A stretch of 64,000 bases of DNA from a virus: positions 19,733 to 83,732 of IMG/VR virus record IMGVR_UViG_3300017987_000071, one strand, 5' to 3'. Below, piece by piece: positions 57,506-64,000 of the stretch. Numbering within the stretch: the first letter of the stretch is position 1; every line of letters starts with the position of its first letter. Position numbers and translations under genes: made by a program. A model generated the notes under the pieces. It did no database searches. It had not been told where the DNA came from and saw only the letters and a program-made list of their open reading frames with translations.

Positions 57506-59164
57506 TCAAGCCTCTCTTTCTAATGCCTCGTTAATTGCAGCCGATTTAGCAGTCTCCATCAGCACATCCAACTCCTTCATAAACTTCTGAGCATACCCAA
57601 TGTTAAACTCAGAAGAAACAAGGGACACACCATCTTCCAGCAACTGCTTTATCCTAAACTTATATAAACGAGCAGCCACCAAGGGGTCATCAACAATAAT
57701 CTTATCAACAACCTGGCGCTCCGATTCAGAAAAACCAGCAACGTCCTTCTCTACTGCCTCTTCCGTCTCATCAAACACCTCTGCAAGAACGCTAGGAGGA
57801 ATACGAGCAAAATTAAGCAACACATACTTAAACCACGGTCGTTCCTTCAACCGTGCTCGCTCGCCCAATGAGAACAACCTATCAGTAATGTCTACCCTAA
57901 TGTTGTACAATTCCTGCCGATGAAATTCATCCAGGAAACTAACTGGCGACATCAGCAACGAAAACTCATTTTCAGGTTGAAAGGGGTCCAAACCACGCAA
58001 CGCAAGATGCACAAAGCAAATCGTCATAAGACCTGTCAATGCATCCTCCTGCACCGACTTCACAACCCTTGCATAGCGAATGTCTTGTGCTGCTAAGGAT
58101 GTATTGAGGTTCAAACCAGCACCCTGATCCAATAAACCATAATAACCAGGGGGAATATTCTCCACAGAAAGAAAGCGAGTCAACCAATATCGAATATCCT
58201 CCATATCCGCCATCTTCCCACCACCACTCAACCTTTCAATCCTACTATTTTTGTTGGCAGTAACAGGCCAAAAAGCATCATCAGAAGTATTCCGAGGATC
58301 ATATTCCACATCATATCGTAGCATCGACGGGTCCACCATCCGTCGGCGTTTCATCTGGTTCCGCCAACGCATCACCGTTTGCATCTGTTGCACAGGAGAT
58401 TGTGTACCACAATCCACATAGTAAATATCTCTATCTGGAGCCATACGAATACGGTATAACAACGCAGCTTGTTCTGCCATCCGCAACTCTTCCCAGCGCC
58501 GACGGCCAGACTCAAGCAGTGAAGTCCCATATAGCGCTCCTCTGCCTTTAGAACTTACACGAAAATGAATATAATCCCACGGCAGAGATAACTCCTTACC
58601 ATCCCCTTTCTTCTTAACCTCGCCATCAGACTCCCCCATACCAACATTAAAACCACGCAAACGCCCCCAATCATCTTCTATACGATTCATCAAATCGGGG
58701 ATCACATGTTTCCAACCAACCACCCCCTTACGGGGTTCAACAAGCAATTGCTCAAAGCAATCTCCAAACTTGATCATCTCCCGCACCACCTTCTTAAACT
58801 CAGACCGAAGACCAAGAGGAGCAACGAAAAGACGATCAAGGATGTCCGTAACATCCTTATTAGCAGAATCAACCCAAACAATCTTCTTAGTTTGAAGGTC
58901 TAGTTGGCAGATATCATCGCGGTAGGTATCAAGAATAGATGCAGGGAGGTCCCCCTCTTCCTCATCCATTTCGCGGTACTCTCCATACTTACCCAAACGA
59001 TCCCGCTTGACCTCAAGTTGCTTTTCCATCCAAGCAACATATGAGAGCACCTCTTTGCTTTCCGCCCCAGGACTAACCAGCGCGGGGTCCTCCCTCGGCC
59101 TCGCTGCGGGCGAAATCGGCACATCGAGGTTAAAAACCTTCCTAACTTTGCGCCAAAAACTCAT
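57506..59164 (-). CDS. Portal protein (T4 gp20-like)
   Basis: YREMD, KFGDCF, IHFR...YGTSLLE, EQAALLYRIRMAPDRDIYYVDCG, DIRYAR. Confidence 0.93.
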   Translation of the reverse strand: MSFWRKVRKVFNLDVPISPAARPREDPALVSPGAESKEVLSYVAWMEKQLEVKRDRLGKYGEYREMDEEEGDLPASILDTYRDDICQLDLQTKKIVWVDSANKDVTDILDRLFVAPLGLRSEFKKVVREMIKFGDCFEQLLVEPRKGVVGWKHVIPDLMNRIEDDWGRLRGFNVGMGESDGEVKKKGDGKELSLPWDYIHFRVSSKGRGALYGTSLLESGRRRWEELRMAEQAALLYRIRMAPDRDIYYVDCGTQSPVQQMQTVMRWRNQMKRRRMVDPSMLRYDVEYDPRNTSDDAFWPVTANKNSRIERLSGGGKMADMEDIRYWLTRFLSVENIPPGYYGLLDQGAGLNLNTSLAAQDIRYARVVKSVQEDALTGLMTICFVHLALRGLDPFQPENEFSLLMSPVSFLDEFHRQELYNIRVDITDRLFSLGERARLKERPWFKYVLLNFARIPPSVLAEVFDETEEAVEKDVAGFSESERQVVDKIIVDDPLVAARLYKFRIKQLLEDGVSLVSSEFNIGYAQKFMKELDVLMETAKSAAINEALEREA

Positions 59165-59165
59165 C

Positions 59166-59969
59166 TCAATCCTTTCTCAAAATGCGGGTGCGAGCTGCCC
59201 ACAAGCGAGCACCAACCAACGGACACTTAATTATAGCAACATTCTGCAACCCAGGTTTATCCCTATAAACCTTCATAGGGAATTCAACAACATTCCATTG
59301 TGGTGCCTCCATATAGTGTTGAAGGATACCTCTAGCATCCTCCCTGCTAGAATTCACACAAATGATTGTAGCATCTTCCTGAAATCGAGAAGTCAACACC
59401 TCCAACGCATGCTGAGCAATTCTTCCATAACCACCCAAAATCAACAAATCCACTTTCTGGTCCTGCATACACAGTCTCCTATGTATCATATCAGCAGAAC
59501 CAAAAAAGTCAACCTTGTCTTTCACCCCAATCGGAGAAAGACCATCGGCAAGATGCTGAAAACTGTACTGCTTCTTAGCACTAGCCAATAAATCGACCGA
59601 CCCCTTCCCAAAACCCTGCACCTGCACCACCGTCTTTGGGCGCAAAGTCTGTAGCATTAGGTCAATAAAATGAACAAAGTGCGGTGTGAAAGTAGACACA
59701 TAATATGGTGTCTTTATTTCCTCAAGCACCATCTGCTGGAGTTCGCGATCAGCACCAGGATACTTCTCCAACTCTAACTCCTTCGCCTTATCCGAATCAA
59801 TACTAACAGTATTCAACACCATAGTCGGAAAGGCATCTTTCTTTTCCTCTACTATAACCTCACCGGTTAACTCTGCAACCTCCTTCTTAGGTTTACTACT
59901 TTGCTTCTTGCTCCTCGCACTTTTCTTCTTACTCATACTACGTAATCTCCCATAAGCATTTTCTTCCAA
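59166..59969 (-). CDS. Degenerate methyltransferase-fold protein (likely start MSKKK 59936)
   Basis: RPKTVVQV..G.GS, KVDLLILGG: Methyltransf_24-like layout lacking the usual acidic residues. Confidence 0.5.
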   Translation of the reverse strand: MEENAYGRLRSMSKKKSARSKKQSSKPKKEVAELTGEVIVEEKKDAFPTMVLNTVSIDSDKAKELELEKYPGADRELQQMVLEEIKTPYYVSTFTPHFVHFIDLMLQTLRPKTVVQVQGFGKGSVDLLASAKKQYSFQHLADGLSPIGVKDKVDFFGSADMIHRRLCMQDQKVDLLILGGYGRIAQHALEVLTSRFQEDATIICVNSSREDARGILQHYMEAPQWNVVEFPMKVYRDKPGLQNVAIIKCPLVGARLWAARTRILRKD

Positions 59970-61975
59970 CGGTCTTCAGCCTGCTCCTGCATAGACTGAT
60001 CTACCATAAAACTCGATACCGCCTGTGGCGATGTCTCACCACCAAGGTCCACTAACTGAATCGAATTGTATATAGACCCAGCAACAGCATCCGCAACATC
60101 CTTCAACTCATCCTCCAATCTAAATACCCTACCATCAGCATCCTCCTGCAACGCCACAGCCTCATCCACTAACGGTTTATATCTATATGTTCTAAATCGT
60201 CCAGTCAGCAAAGTGCTCCTAAATGCCTGATATGGCAAACAAGGTTTCCGATCACAAGACAAGTTCTTCGCCTGCCATCCTGCCTTCTGCAAAATCTGGA
60301 TGCTGTGCTCCGACTGGTAACCATCATAAGTTATCAACCCAATATTATAACCCAAGTTGCGAAGAAAAGCATAGAAGGCTAAAATCTTATCGTAATCTAT
60401 TCTGCTAGGAGACGCTGGCGGAGCAATCCGCAAAGCAAAATCTAAGGTAACAATTGGCAACCGAGTCTCCTCAAGCGCCAGTGCCCCCGAAGACCGCTGC
60501 ATTACAGTCTTATAACCACTAACATGGCTCATCGCCATGCCAGTAGCACATTTATTTTTAGATAAGTCCGTATGGATAGCCCTCACAGCATACGGGTTCA
60601 ACTTAGGTTCCCACATTGATTCCCGCTGCCTGCAAGTACGCTCGCGATTAAAATAAAACGACAAGGGAGTTGCATCCCCCGTAGACAATGAAACAATAGA
60701 CTTATTAAACGGATGGACCAAAATATCACTCTCAGCATCGGTAAGCAACTCAGCACCCGGCAACCAAGAAAACTCACCAGCGCAACTAACCCCTGCAATA
60801 TCTCGCAGACTACGTATCAAGTTCTCTTCAAAAAACTGCTTAAATGCTCCTGGCACCTTAATTATTCGTCGGCCCACCGGTTCCTCATCCGGCTCCAACA
60901 TCCGAGGGTCATGGTACTTATCCCCGGCATCAACATAGAAGTAAGACTTCCACGCTTTACGCTTCACTTCCCAAATAGCATACTCGCTGATAAAGACACC
61001 AGGTTTCCCCTTACGCTTAGCGGAATGCTCAGCAAGAAATGAAGTTTCAGCTCGGGCCGAACTCACCAAACACATCAGAATTGGAATAAAACCATCTGTG
61101 TTAATGAAACGAGAAGCACCACGAATCAAACCTGCCGAGTACAACTCATACGCTTTACCCTTGTTGTCCTCGTAGCGTGCTCTTTCGTAATCTGCCATCC
61201 GCTTTCGCTCTTTATCATAAAAGTTAAGTTCATCGAGCAAAAAACCCTGCAAATTATCCCCAAGAGCACTAAGCACAGAAGACCCCCCGGTCCTAACACT
61301 TACATTACTAGGGAAATCCAATCCCATTTTGAGACGGGGGTTGCGTGGGAAGCACCGTTTAAAGTAGTCTGTGTTATCTACCATTGTCTGCATTCGCTTA
61401 TAGTTGTCATCTGCTTTATAAGCATAAATCGAATACAGACCATAAAAAATTGGTGAACGAGGAAGCAAACCCGCCCAAACAGCAGGGTCTCGCAAGCATG
61501 ACAGGTGATAAATCCGGTAGAGCAGAGCACACAACGCAAAAGTCGTCTTACCCCACCCAATCGCCCCTTTCAATATGACTTCATATATCCTATGCTTAAC
61601 CTCGCTAACATAACACAGGTCCCTAAGAGCAACCTCTCCCATACCTCTAGTCATCCAACCAAGGTAATTCCCTTGCGTAAAAAAGACCTCTGGGGACACA
61701 GGTTCCCTAGCATAGTCTACTTTGCGCATATCGTTATACGTCTTCGACGTACCAGAGGATACCAACTCACCAAGTACCTTTACAAGCCACAGTTGGAGTT
61801 CTGGGTCACACTCAGACAAAAACTCAGATACCTCACACAGCATATCATACCCAGATGGATCGGAAACCATATCCAACGCAGCATCCCGATCACCCTGGTC
61901 TATGATCTTCACTATGCGAGCAATCTGCTCCCTAACGTCCGTTGCCTCCAGCATCCTTACTCTTCCTTGCTTCAA
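59933..61975 (-). CDS. terL: Terminase large subunit
   Basis: Walker A GAIGWGKT, Walker B FLLDE, LVSS, RNase H-like HTDLS, YDGYQS, KDVADA. Confidence 0.93.
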   Translation of the reverse strand: MKQGRVRMLEATDVREQIARIVKIIDQGDRDAALDMVSDPSGYDMLCEVSEFLSECDPELQLWLVKVLGELVSSGTSKTYNDMRKVDYAREPVSPEVFFTQGNYLGWMTRGMGEVALRDLCYVSEVKHRIYEVILKGAIGWGKTTFALCALLYRIYHLSCLRDPAVWAGLLPRSPIFYGLYSIYAYKADDNYKRMQTMVDNTDYFKRCFPRNPRLKMGLDFPSNVSVRTGGSSVLSALGDNLQGFLLDELNFYDKERKRMADYERARYEDNKGKAYELYSAGLIRGASRFINTDGFIPILMCLVSSARAETSFLAEHSAKRKGKPGVFISEYAIWEVKRKAWKSYFYVDAGDKYHDPRMLEPDEEPVGRRIIKVPGAFKQFFEENLIRSLRDIAGVSCAGEFSWLPGAELLTDAESDILVHPFNKSIVSLSTGDATPLSFYFNRERTCRQRESMWEPKLNPYAVRAIHTDLSKNKCATGMAMSHVSGYKTVMQRSSGALALEETRLPIVTLDFALRIAPPASPSRIDYDKILAFYAFLRNLGYNIGLITYDGYQSEHSIQILQKAGWQAKNLSCDRKPCLPYQAFRSTLLTGRFRTYRYKPLVDEAVALQEDADGRVFRLEDELKDVADAVAGSIYNSIQLVDLGGETSPQAVSSFMVDQSMQEQAEDRWKKMLMGDYVV

Positions 61976-62846
61976 CTACAGCAGTAAGCACTTCCTCGTT
62001 AGCATCACATTCAACCTGACGCCCCCCGCTTTCACGCATCTTTTGCACAAGACTTAATAATTTGTTGAGTTTGGCAGCAGCATGCTCCCGCGACTCACTG
62101 CTCTTCAAAAAACCTGGTTGTGGCACAGGTTCAGGGGGTTTATCCTGCGAGTCAACATAAACACGTTGGCTCTGGTCTATAATATACGTTGACGGGTCAT
62201 CTTTCACACCCGCAAAAATCTTCTCCAAAAACTTAAGAGAACGCTCCTGCTGAGTAGAAATAAGTTGCAAAACTGCCACCAACTCTGGTGTCTTTGCCCC
62301 CTTAATTCGCTCCTCAGAAAACAATTCCGCCTCCACAGCCCCCACTGCCTGCCCCATACGAACAAGACGCTCTATCGTATTCAGTGTTAAAGCAGCCTGA
62401 ACAGCCTCTATCTTTGCACTATCCTGACTCAACACCGAAACAACAACATCCCGCACAGTTTCTTGAGCAGCCTTTCCATTGACTAAATTATCTTCAAGCC
62501 AATGAAGAAGTTTAATCGACTTAGACTTCCGCCGATAATCAATGATTCTTCCCAACGAAGTAGCTCTACTACTCGGAGGGGGAGGCTTAGTCTGTGGAAG
62601 GGAGGAAGGTTTCTTACTTGTCTTCCGTTTCTTTTTGGCTTTAGACTTAGGTTTAGGCAGCATCTTAACCTGATTCTCTTGAAACCCAATATCCTCCTTT
62701 GGTTCTACCTGCCCCACACCCTTCACTTCTGGAAACCTCTTGCGATACTCCGTTATATTGATCCCATGTGCACCCCGCACATGCCTACGCGTCAATGACT
62801 CACCACAAATCTGACATATCTCAATCATCAAAAAGATCATCCCCAC
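61932..62846 (-). CDS. Candidate terminase small subunit with N-terminal CxxC..H...H zinc finger
   Basis: Directly upstream of and overlapping terL; CQIC...H...HG..ITEYRKRFP; helical oligomerisation-type region. Confidence 0.55.
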   Translation of the reverse strand: MGMIFLMIEICQICGESLTRRHVRGAHGINITEYRKRFPEVKGVGQVEPKEDIGFQENQVKMLPKPKSKAKKKRKTSKKPSSLPQTKPPPPSSRATSLGRIIDYRRKSKSIKLLHWLEDNLVNGKAAQETVRDVVVSVLSQDSAKIEAVQAALTLNTIERLVRMGQAVGAVEAELFSEERIKGAKTPELVAVLQLISTQQERSLKFLEKIFAGVKDDPSTYIIDQSQRVYVDSQDKPPEPVPQPGFLKSSESREHAAAKLNKLLSLVQKMRESGGRQVECDANEEVLTAVVEARKSKDAGGNGR

Positions 62847-63294
62847 TCTTTGCTTCTTCGCTAGGAGTTATAAGAGAAGAATTAGTATCCACAGGCACAA
62901 CATGCTTAATCGTAGCCTTAAAGAATCCTGTACCATACATGTTGTCGATGCAACCCTCCAAATACGCCATAATCTCTTCTGGTTTCATTGCATCCCCGCC
63001 GGGTATTAAAGCAAAATCCCAAGAATCTGCCTGCCCACCTTCAACCTGCGCTACATAATGAACTGCAAACATCTTCGTCTTTCGATTGTCACCCTTTGCA
63101 GGTAGAGGAACACAAAAGTGACTTTTAGCAAGTACACCAGCCAAACGAGTCAGCAGATTTCTATATCTCTCGTACCACCCCGGTTGTCGATTACGCTGTA
63201 GCTCCTGCATCGACTTAAAAAGTGTCCTAGCCTCAGCATTAGCTAAAACAAGATTAACAAGTTCTTCCAGATTCCCAAAAACAACTCTCGGCAT
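62821..63294 (-). CDS. Hypothetical protein (first gene of the leftward operon)
   Basis: AGGAAGGA SD; downstream of promoter. Confidence 0.7.
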   Translation of the reverse strand: MPRVVFGNLEELVNLVLANAEARTLFKSMQELQRNRQPGWYERYRNLLTRLAGVLAKSHFCVPLPAKGDNRKTKMFAVHYVAQVEGGQADSWDFALIPGGDAMKPEEIMAYLEGCIDNMYGTGFFKATIKHVVPVDTNSSLITPSEEAKSGDDLFDD

Positions 63295-63384
63295 AACGCT
63301 TCCTTCCTAAGCAAAAATTCGCTGGTCGCTAAGCATTTCGCCCAGCAAACCAGCAATATTTAATATGAATGTAGTTATATATCT

Positions 63385-63413
63385 ACTATAACCCCCAAGT
63401 GATTACGTGTCAA
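63385..63413 (-). promoter_or_regulatory. sigma70 promoter driving the packaging/head operon
   Basis: TTGACA-N17-TATAGT on the minus strand. Confidence 0.85.
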
Positions 63414-63443
63414 GCATTCTTTCGTACTGCGAAAATATTTTTC

Positions 63444-63472
63444 TTGACAAGCGCTAAACAAATAACTATAAT
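63444..63472 (+). promoter_or_regulatory. Perfect-consensus sigma70 promoter driving the RNA cluster
   Basis: TTGACA(63444-49)-N17-TATAAT(63467-72), with AT-rich UP-like region upstream. Confidence 0.92.
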
Positions 63473-63513
63473 TATACTTTTCATTATTGACGGATTTTGC
63501 GTGCAGCAAAAGA

Positions 63514-63602
63514 AAGCATCGCAACGCACCAGATGGCTCAACTGGGAAACAACCGAGACTCTTTAAAGAGCGGTAAGTTGAGTCGGTCCAGGGCTGATGC
63601 TT
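63514..63602 (+). ncRNA. Putative structured RNA / leader
   Basis: Nested stems AAGCATC/GATGCTT, GGCTCAACT/AGTTGAGTC, ACCG/CGGT, CTCT-TTAA-AGAG. Confidence 0.5.
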
Positions 63603-63608
63603 AAGTTT

Positions 63609-63764
63609 AGTGGAGTAGTTTAATGGCAAAACAGCAGTTGCAACCAAGCGCTATGCAGGATCAAAACCTGCCTAAGACGGGCAACCAACTTAGTCGTCTA
63701 AAGGTAAAGACCGCAAGGATGCTGATAACCGCCGACGCGGGTTCGACCCCCGCCTCTGCTACCA
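63609..63764 (+). ncRNA. 156-nt tRNA-like RNA: outer cloverleaf with CCA, anticodon loop replaced by a nested permuted tRNA-like domain
   Basis: Acceptor AGTGGAG/CTCTGCT+ACCA, D-arm GTTT-AATGGCA-AAAC, T-arm GCGGG-TTCGACC-CCCGC; inner T-arm and D-arm described in findings. Confidence 0.75.
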
Positions 63765-63879
63765 GAGTTTATAAAACTCCTTTCCTTCCATATGGGGGTA
63801 CTTAATAATCAATAGTAATTTGCTTCTTTGCCACTTTAATCACAAAAAGCAGCACATATAACTACTTGTACCCCAATTT

Positions 63880-63958
63880 GCTCCTCTAGCTCAATGGCAG
63901 AGCACCTCGAAGGACGCTTTGAGGATGGATGTGGGTTCGATTCCCACGGGGAACTCCA
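63880..63958 (+). tRNA. tRNA-like RNA without canonical anticodon loop (8-bp stem + GACG tetraloop)
   Basis: GCTCCTC/GGGGAAC+TCCA, D-arm GCTC-AATGGCA-GAGC, CCTCGAAG-GACG-CTTTGAGG, T-arm GTGGG-TTCGATT-CCCAC. Confidence 0.8.
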
Positions 63959-63961
63959 TAT

Positions 63962-64000
63962 GCCACCGCAGCTCAATCCGGCAGAGCTTGGGAGCAAAAG
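63962..64000 (+). tRNA. 5' half of a third tRNA(-like) gene, truncated by window edge
   Basis: GCCACCG-CA-GCTC-AATCCGGCA-GAGC-T-TGGGA..., starting 3 nt after the previous CCA. Confidence 0.65.

Noticed and set aside
1-63058. Plus-strand ORFs in the ORF track (e.g. 22287..23180, 4296..4835, 59007..59591)
   Set aside because: They are antisense shadows of well-supported, tightly tiled minus-strand genes, with no motifs or SD support.
63541-63602. Hammerhead ribozyme, group I core or c-di-GMP riboswitch (GAAAC, CTGATG, GAGACT, GTCCAGGG words)
   Set aside because: The core would need CTGATGA (here CTGATGC), and stem topology does not fit. The other required conserved elements are missing.
63609-63764. 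tRNA-Cys(GCA) or tRNA-Ile(GAT) with an intron
   Set aside because: TTGCAA and CTGATAA occur, but both are out of register with the D-arm/anticodon stem. No single excision gives a convincing U33-containing 7-nt loop. The ~90-nt insert is too short for a group I intron, shows no clear bulge-helix-bulge, and itself folds as D and T arms.
63375-63805. ORFs 63375..63647 (-) and 63623..63805 (+)
   Set aside because: They overlap the promoters and structured RNA genes, and have no protein features.
1-64000. Stop-codon reassignment (common in large phages)
   Set aside because: TerL, portal, DnaN and other genes are full length in code 11. TAG, TGA and TAA ends are followed by SD/start overlaps. 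The in-frame TAG-ATG junction at 16187/16186 joins two complete, independent domains.
1-64000. Archaeal virus or cellular LPS locus
   Set aside because: Canonical -35/-10 promoters, DnaN rather than PCNA and HU-like genes indicate a bacterial host. Terminase, portal and prohead protease interleaved with the glycosylation genes indicate a phage rather than a chromosomal LPS cluster.

Overview
This window is 64 kb of a large tailed bacteriophage genome (T4-like/jumbo-type head module) with a bacterial host: it has canonical sigma70 promoters, AGGAG ribosome-binding sites and a DnaN-type clamp. About 100 tightly packed genes lie on the minus strand. They run from a divergent promoter pair near 63.4 kb through a candidate TerS, TerL, a T4 gp20-like portal, two HU-like genes and a head morphogenesis gene, then about 55 kb of accessory genes, to a T4 gp21-like prohead protease cut off at the left edge (missed by the ORF track). 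The accessory block holds three things. (i) A dispersed glycan-building kit: GmhA, HldC-type heptose nucleotidyltransferase, three GT9 domains, several GT2/GT-A enzymes, O-methyltransferases, sulfotransferases and a radical SAM enzyme. (ii) At least 13 otherwise unrelated proteins sharing an ~20-aa 'AVDxILEGxSPxxxAxxLV' tag next to LxE protease-type sites, including a five-member paralog family with conserved ends and a variable core. (iii) Nucleotide kinases, a DNA methyltransferase, an Acb1-like 2H phosphoesterase, a metacaspase and RMF-like motifs. On the plus strand at the right end, a perfect sigma70 promoter precedes a cluster of tRNA-shaped RNAs lacking a canonical anticodon loop. One of them folds as a double-elbow dumbbell, with a circularly permuted tRNA nested where the anticodon loop of the outer tRNA should be. 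All calls come from motif reading and hand folding; no database search was run.
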